Origin: Bigelowiella natans CCMP2755
Taxonomy: Eukaryota > Protista > Cercozoa
Assembly: GCA_000320545.1 (NCBI GenBank)
Contig: ADNK01001668.1
Location: 62,001 to 126,000, forward strand
Direction: 5' to 3'
Length of the DNA: 64,000 nucleotides
Part shown: positions 56,864 through 64,000 of the stretch, in pieces
Numbering within the stretch: the first letter of the stretch is position 1
Layout of the letters: each line of letters starts with the position of its first letter
The notes under the pieces: generated by a model
Seen by the model: the letters and a program-made list of their open reading frames with translations, nothing else
Told to the model about the DNA's origin: nothing
Database searches by the model: none
Translations under genes and position numbers: made by a program

Positions 56864-57899
56864 CACCCCATGACAATTTGTTCCTTTCTTCGCGTTGTCG
56901 TTTTTGCATCCAACTTTCACATCAGAAGCGTCCCTCTGCGTCGGTACTGATTCAAAAATTCGCTGGTTGGAGCAACGAGGACGATTACATGTACATGAAC
57001 GATTCATGCGAAAATGATTGCCCTGCTGAATGAAATTGGTTTCGTGATTGGCATCGCGTCACTGAATGCATGATGACGTTTGGGCCACATGCTCATTAAT
57101 AATAATCTATTTTCCTGACAAAAATTCATAATTTGGTTCATTACCTCATATTTACTTATATCATAAGAAGGTTTATCTCTTTTATTTTTATCTTGTTTTT
57201 GACAGTTATTACATACCCATATATGTTTGTTTGATCTGTTATTTATTTAATTATTTATTTATTTTTATTTAAAAAAAAAATGAACTATTCAGTAACAATC
57301 ATGTTTTTTTCTGAATAAGTTGCTACATGACTAAATATATATATATATTTGCTTTCAAAAATTCATTTCTTTTTCCTTATTTTCGGTTGGTATGAAATGT
57401 GTCTGTTCACACAAATTGCAAAAAAGCAAAAAAAAAACTAGATCATGGAAAAATTTCATAGTCACAATGATGATCCATGGAAAATGACAGATCATGTTGT
57501 TATGTCTGAAAACACTCGTTGTGAAATGGTCAATTTGCATCCAAATGATCCATCTGGGGTCATGGGAGTATCAACACCCTGTGATGATGAAAAAATGACA
57601 GTGAAACAACTGGTTCAATTTGTCTGAATGCACGTCACATGAACTGCATCCATTCACAAACTACACGCTTCCGAATGGCAGTCTTCCAGGCACGTGTGCG
57701 TGTGTGTGTGTGCCTGGAAGTGTGGTGCATCATGCTAGCATGTGGGACGCACTGTCTCGTTGCGTCGCGTGTGCAGCACGTGCAAACTGTCCAGCTGTGC
57801 CACCTAGCCATCCACGTGTGCTGTCAATGCAGGAACAAATTCAGGACGTATGCATCGCAGCAGTGCGCACCAACAGCACGTGCAGTTGCTTTGTCACCC

Positions 57900-59670
57900 A
57901 TGCCAGCATGCGTGCTCCAGCTCTTGTGATGATGGAGTTTGCGAAGACGTTTGGCAGTCTCCGCCGCCGCCGCTGCTGCTGCATCGTCAACACGACGCTG
58001 TCATCTTGTTGCTGCCTGCTGGCAGGAAGAAGGACCACCATCTTCGAAAGTTTCAGACCGATTCCACCAGCTGCCGCAAAGGAGGGTGCCAGTCACGGTC
58101 GTGTTGTGATCACCAGAGCAATGGCGCAGCAGCGGTGACAGTTCAGAAGGTGCGGTGGCGGCTCTGACGTGCCATTTTCCTTCCTGCATCATCGTCTTGC
58201 ACATCTCTTCCACACTTCCACACACACCTTCACTGTTGCTGCCACTGCTCTGGCACCAGGAAGTTCTGCAGCTGTGGCAATGAACACTGCAGTGTGACAA
58301 CGTCTTTGCTTTCGTTCCGTGCTTCAGTTTGGTCGTCAGCACAATTTTCCAATTCATTTCAACGTGAAGCCTGCTCCGACACTCCGACAAGACCTGACAC
58401 AAACGGTGTGAAGTCCATGCACGTAGGCATCTCAATTCCACATCGGACAAATCACAGGCAAGCTGCAGGCAAACCTCAGAAATCACGATGGTGAGCCTCT
58501 CCGAACGAGATCCGACATCCATTCGAAAAAAAATTCTCAAAAATCACTTGATCTTCACCCACTTTCCAATGCGTTTTGGATCCATGGCACGCAAGGTTCC
58601 ATCGGTAAAAGTCTTCTGCGACATGAGGTGAGAGTTGTCGCGCACTCGCAAAACACCTGATGCCGCAATGCAAAATGCCCGCCCGCGTGCAAGACCAGAA
58701 AGCCCGCCCAGCTTCGAGCTCTCATCTGTGCCCATGGAAACAAACCAAACCTTGATCGACACAGGGCAAGAGATGCAACAACCTTGCTTGGCACAGATTG
58801 AGCATGAATTCAATCAGGAGCAAGCATGATGCATGAAAATGAGAAATGCAAGAGGGAGTGCAACCGCCTGTCACAGGCCATTAGGAGGACATCGGATGGC
58901 TCAAGAAAATCTGAATTGGTTGGACAACGAAGAATTTTGAGAAGGAGCAATGAAAAAAAAACGGACACCAAGCCATCCGGTGAGTTCAAATCGTCTCTCC
59001 AAGAAGGAAAGACGCAGCAGTCGCAATGCACCAGGCTCAAGGGGAGAAAACGGTGGGAAGATGGATTGTGAAATCAAATGGGTGAAGACGGCTACTGGAA
59101 TTCCTGCAAAAACAAGTGATCGGTTTGCAAATTTCATTCATGAAATCATGGAATTGGAATTCTCGCAATCCTTTTTCAAGCAGCTTCAACTCCACAATGT
59201 CAGGCATCAAATTCCGAGTCTGCATCCAACATTTCTTTCCCCACAATTGTCATCGTTGTTGCCATCATTGCAATCATCATCATCACCACATCATTGTCAT
59301 TGTTGTTGTCATCATCATCATGAATTGTGCACATCCACCACTTTCTTCATTTCACACCTTGCCAGCTCACCGAGCAGCCTTTCTCCACAACATGCTCGTT
59401 GTCAGCACTGACTTCTTCATCTTCTCACTGCACACTGATGACAACAATTGTGTTGAATGTTCATTTGCCAATTTTCTTCAAGAAATCATGTGAAGGAGGA
59501 GCTCAGCATTGAAATGAAATCCCTTGAAGACGGCTTGAAACAGATCAGAGAAATTGGCATCAAGGCAGAGATGCAAAATGAAATCTGCAGCGGCCACGTC
59601 TTTCTTCATCTCTGTGACCAAGACGGCAAGCTGACACAGAAGCCCTTCGACCAAATTTCTCTGAGGTGGG
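57900..59670 (+). pseudogene. Degenerate, apparently intron-containing gene of unknown family
   Basis: Coding-like segments (58635-59200, 59490-59665) separated by converted microsatellite-rich intron-like tracts. Confidence 0.35.
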
Positions 59671-59729
59671 GAGCGTTTGAAATCGCATGCTTCACGTGTT
59701 CATCCGTCTGCAGAACAGATGCCAAGAAT

Positions 59730-59790
<61 letters not shown>

Positions 59791-60143
59791 AACACATGTG
59801 TGCATGCACACATGCATTTGCGTCTTGCAAAGAGCATCAAGACTGAAATCATTCGAGTTTTGCTTGTGCCCTGTGTGGACATGAGTTCAACAATGTGTTT
59901 TGTGCACCTCGTGCGGTGCTCAGTCTCGATGGCGGCAGTGCTCTGGACTCACGTGGATTCGTGGCATCATTCAGCAAAAGCTGTGGATGGGCACGTTTTG
60001 TGCAAATTCCAATGCCATCATCGCACCTTTTCTCCCATGCTCATGCAAGCAATGGGTGCGCCATGGTTGATCGCTGCGCTTCCATGTTCGTGTGACCCAC
60101 GGGCAATTGGTTCACCAAAATCGTGCACCTCATGCGCGGCATG

Positions 60144-60296
60144 TTCAGCTTCATCGTGAACCTTTCGAACGCAACTTCGTTTCTTTTCTGCTTTTTTCTT
60201 TGTCATCATGTTGTGTGAGACGGATTCAGCTTCATCGTGAACCTTTCGAACGCAACTTCGTTTCTTTTCTGCTTTTTTCTTTGTCATTGTGTTGTG
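60144..60296. repeat. Tandem repeat with 81-bp period, 2 copies
   Basis: TTCAGCTTCATCGTGAACC..TTTGTCAT(CA/TG)TGTTGTG at 60144 and 60225. Confidence 0.9.
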
Positions 60297-60553
60297 CATG
60301 CATGTTTTGTTGTTTGATGCTCATGCTGTTCGCAAAGTGACATGTCATGAAAAAAATGTGAAATGATGCGATGCTCACTGGCAATTCTTCACTTTTGGAG
60401 GTGCCCCAAGACCCAACTCGACTCGGCTGGTGAGACGCACTGGATCGATTTGGTGAACATCTCGTTCACGTGCAACCCTTTGCGGTCCACCGCGTGGCCA
60501 CGCACATGTGCAATGGGCATGGATGCAGTGTGAGTTGCAGAGACCAATGAAAA

Positions 60554-62014
60554 ATGTGGCCCTGCAGGCTTCAGTCGTGTGCACATGTCAGTGGTGGTGG
60601 TGAAAGTGGTGAAGACGATGAACGAGAAAGAAGAAGAAGAAGAAAAAAGCGCAAAAAAAAACGTGAGAAAAACAAAAAACGTTCTTCTTCCCCCCGTGAT
60701 GAAAGCAAAAGCAACACCGAATTGATCACGGCACTCACTCAAAAAGCGAGTGATGCACTGATCAACAACGAAGAAAAGATTGAACAAGTTCTCTCGAACC
60801 CTGGAATGCAGAAAATTTTGCTGGAAACCCCGGATCACGTGAAGGAGATGGTTGAGGGCAAGAAGATGGGGCCACGAATGCAACCAGAGTTTCTTGCAAA
60901 AAAACTCAACAAAGTGTTCGAAAAAGCAGACACCACTGAGCCCTCGTCGCAAGCAAGAGTCAGAAAAGCGCAAGGTCTGCCAACCCCCCAGTTCTCCCCC
61001 CCGTCTCACGCCAAGCCAATGGTGTCATCGGCCGAGGAGAAGCTCCCAGCACGCATCGCGTGCGTGTCATCTTCTCCGACAAACGAGGCCGACAACAAGG
61101 CACTGGATTTCCAAACTGAGTGTGAGCTGATGCGGGAACTCATCAGAGTTTGCCCCAAATTTCAGTGTTCGACATGCCGTGCGAGTGAGGAGCAAATGGA
61201 TGCTGCTGTCGGCTCAAAATGTTTTTGTCTCCATTGCTCTGGGCACGGTCATCCTGAGAAGGGTCTCTGCATTGAAGGTGACCCGGCGATTGGAAAACCC
61301 GGCAAACACCTTGATGGAAAAGCCCTTGCAGAAATGTTCAGAAGGAATCGAAATGGACGGCCCAAGATTGTGCATCTAGCGGCATGCCACAGCGAGATTG
61401 TGGGCAAAAAACTCACAGAAGATGGATCAGTGAGCCACGTCATGGCCTGTCGAGGAAAGGACGAACTCAGCGATCACGGTGCCCCGGTGTTTGCGGGCAC
61501 ATTTCATCAACGGTTGCCACAAGGGCACTCTGCATTGGAAGCTTTTGAACTGGCCAAGCGAAGACTCCGTGTGACAGCTCAACAATGTGAAAACCGAGCG
61601 CTTTTTTGCCTGGAGGAGCATCCCAAGCCATCATTGATCGCAGCCAAGCTCGAGGAAAAACTCAAGTCTCTGCATGCGCAATGCACAACACACTGTGCAA
61701 AGTGGAAAGTGGAACGAGACTTTCGTGTCTTCTGCAAGAAAGAAAACATTGATCAGGAAGTGCAAGAAGAGCTCCTTTGGGCAGATTTAGCTGAGAATGA
61801 AGTGGACAAATTGACACTTTTGCCCCGGTCCACTGACAACGATGAAATTCACAACGTGAAATGCGAGTTCAGGGAGTTGGAACAAATCGAGCCCAAAACG
61901 GGATGGATCCCAGATCCAGATCCTGGGTCTTTCTTCTCACGAGATGCAGTGAAGGAGCAGTGCCGTGAAATCTTGGAAAATTGCAGGCTTTCCATGCGCC
62001 AAGAAGATTGCTAG
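60554..62014 (+). pseudogene. CHAT (caspase-like, HetF-associated) domain protein; intronless, hypermutated
   Basis: LHCSGHG and IVHLAACHS dyad motifs, VFAGTFHQRL..GHSALEAFELAK; no Tyr in 486 aa. Confidence 0.75.
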
Positions 62015-62870
62015 AACAATTGGCCAGGTTCCCCGAAGAAGACGAGGAGGAGGATGATGCTGCCTCAATGCCATTTTCTTTGCCCCATGACACCTGCTCG
62101 AAACCCTTGGACCTTGGAAAAAAAGACGGCGTTTGGTTGAGCTTTTTGAATTGGAGACGAGTCACATTCGCCTCGCAAAAATCGGATCACATGAAAATGT
62201 TGAAAATTCAAATCAAGAATTGCGATGTCAATCACTTTTCTCACTCATGCCGGTGCTCATTGCGCACCCGAGTGTGCTGCACGTGCGCGCTCATTGTCAC
62301 AGGGACGTTGCGTGCCACGTGATGGCATCAAGTGGCATTTGCAGCAAAAGGGGGGAGGCAACATCATCAAAGAGCACAATGTTGTGTTTTCATCTGTGCG
62401 CATGAAAGCTTTTTTGGGGCAATTTTGGTCTTTCAACAAACGGTTCAAATTGTTCTGGCGACAATGGATGCATGCACCGCTGATGAACACTCATTTTGAG
62501 AAGTGGCAACATGGCAGCTCCATCGCAGAAATGCACTCCAATGTGATGTTTGCGACATTGGAATGAACACACATTTTTTTTCATTTCTTCTCACTTCACC
62601 ATGAGCAGATCCTTCTCGAAATCTGATGGGGTCGAATCTTTTTGAACATTGCAAGCGCCGATCCTTCACCACAGTCAACGAATGAACAAGTGAACAAACG
62701 AATGACATTGAGAAATCAAAACAATGTTTCGCGTGTGAAGTTCAACATCAAACCATTGCATGTGTGTCACAAAAAAGTGCAAAAAAGTGATGCATTTTTT
62801 GCATTTTTTTCCTCACATCAAATCAATTCATGTCACAAGGTGTCATTTTCTGGTTTTTTTGCACTTGAAA

Positions 62871-63595
62871 ATGAACGAAGTGTCAATGAACCAAACCAAA
62901 AAGTCACGGTTGCCATTCGAAATTTCAATGTCGATGCAAAAACACCTCTGAGCATCGGAAACTGTGTCAGAATTGCTGGTGAAATCAACAAACTGATGAA
63001 ATCGGTGAAATCGCTAGCCGACGCTGTCACCAACGTGAAACCAGAAAACAAAGCAGGCACAATGCTTGCGGTCATGCTTTCGACCTCAAGTGGTGACGGC
63101 GTGAAATCGGTGTTGCCCGAGTTGCAGAGGAATCAGATTCTGAAATTTTGTGGAGATTCCGAAACCGTCAACATGCTCGTTGGTTTGGTCGATTGGGTTG
63201 CCGACGCAGCGCTCAAAAGTCTAGATGCTGACAAAGACGGCATTGTGACGAGACAAGAAGTGGAAGATGACTGCATTGAAACTTGTTTGTGCATGAATGC
63301 GTGCGGTCATGGCCCCAAAGGCTGCGCGTGCTGCCAACCAGGTGGCGCTCTCTCGTGCTGCTGCCCGTGTCTGGTCACCAACTCAGCGCAGTGCTGGTCG
63401 TGGGTTTTCGTCAATTGTTTGTGCTGCACGGCCACCGGTTCGCAATTGAAAGTGCAACGTGCATTTTGTCCCGAAAAATTGATCAAAATGAACATCAATT
63501 TTTTTTTTCCATGCAACACAACTCAAAAGTCATTCACACGCACACAAACACACAACTCAAAAGTCATCATCGCTCCACCACCGCTGACTTCATGA
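62871..63595 (+). pseudogene. Small intronless protein with an EF-hand-like loop and Cys-rich tail; hypermutated
   Basis: LDADKDGIVTRQEV in ORF 62642-63595; some of the Cys excess is probably converted Tyr; true start and stop uncertain. Confidence 0.5.
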
Positions 63596-63646
63596 CAAAA
63601 CAAAAGAAAACAAAAGAGAGAGAGAGAAAAAAAAGAAGGCAAACAG

Positions 63647-63862
63647 ATGACTGAGATTGCAAGGAACATCAAGAAAGAGGCGGCAGAAAAATGGAAATCT
63701 GAATTTCTGAAGATCGCAAAAGAGCAAAACTCCAAGCTGAAGGATGACAAGGAATTGGCAAAGGTTGTCCATTTGCAAATTTGTTTCTGTCGTTCAAAGA
63801 AAATGTGTGTGAATGATGCAAATGTTTCCTGCGCATCAAGGAATTGTCGGACAATGGGTTGA
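63647..63862 (+). pseudogene. Short hypothetical ORF in the hypermutated cluster
   Basis: ATG after an A-rich spacer; charged helical N-terminus MTEIARNIKKEAAEKWKSEF. Confidence 0.3.
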
Positions 63863-64000
63863 ACATGCTGTGCGTGACGTGGTCAGATGTCAGCAGATTC
63901 AAGGTGTTTCTTGCATTGAAAAAAAAAATGATGTTCTTCAACATGCTTTGGCTGGTCGCTTGAGTGTGAAAACAAATGGAAACAAAAAAAGAGAAAAGTG

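Larger units (their letters stand above)
57400..64000. other. Large TpA-depleted (hypermutated) island running off the window end
   Basis: Manual count of 5 TpA in 60541-64000 (4 in CTAG, 1 in TTAG); CpG common. Confidence 0.9.

Noticed and set aside
57600-63950. Many overlapping Cys/His-rich ORFs on both strands (also 19.6-20.4, 22.6-23.6 and 30.3-31.5 kb)
   Set aside because: Artefact of losing TAA/TAG stops; only ORFs with recognisable motifs were kept
57400-64000. CpG methylation decay or fungal RIP as the cause of TG/CA excess
   Set aside because: CpG is abundant and TpA is what is missing; RIP would increase TpA and add stops; conserved Tyr becomes His/Cys

Overview
Intron-rich nuclear DNA of a photosynthetic protist with a complex plastid: signal-peptide/transit-type leaders, a ferredoxin-dependent bilin reductase, and introns full of microsatellites. 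A chlorarachniophyte-like host is a guess, not shown. Ordinary host genes include an N-terminal EF-hand CAMK/CDPK-like kinase, a PebA-like bilin reductase, two divergent SAM methyltransferases (one METTL26-like), an EDR2-C/DUF1336 protein, STIMATE/TMEM110, 6-phosphogluconolactonase, a protein ending in an S29/uS14-like zinc finger, an ankyrin-TKL kinase-SAM protein and several hypothetical genes. The most striking signal is a set of sharply bounded islands (about 19.8-20.6, 22.3-23.65, 26.55-27.1, 29.55-31.45, 45.8-49.84 and 57.4-64 kb) in which TpA has been almost erased and replaced by TpG or CpA while CpG persists. Several of these islands cover LINE fragments, a giant-virus-like cluster of intronless genes (DUF6165-glycosyltransferase, SemiSWEET, TFIIS-like, next to a frameshifted SET gene) and a CHAT-protease locus. 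Conserved Tyr residues become His/Cys, (TA)n microsatellites become random TG/CA strings, and the surviving TpA sits mostly in CTAG. This points to a strand-symmetric A-to-G hypermutation at TpA aimed at foreign or repetitive DNA, the mirror image of fungal RIP. Gene models were assembled by eye, and coordinates of multi-exon genes are approximate.
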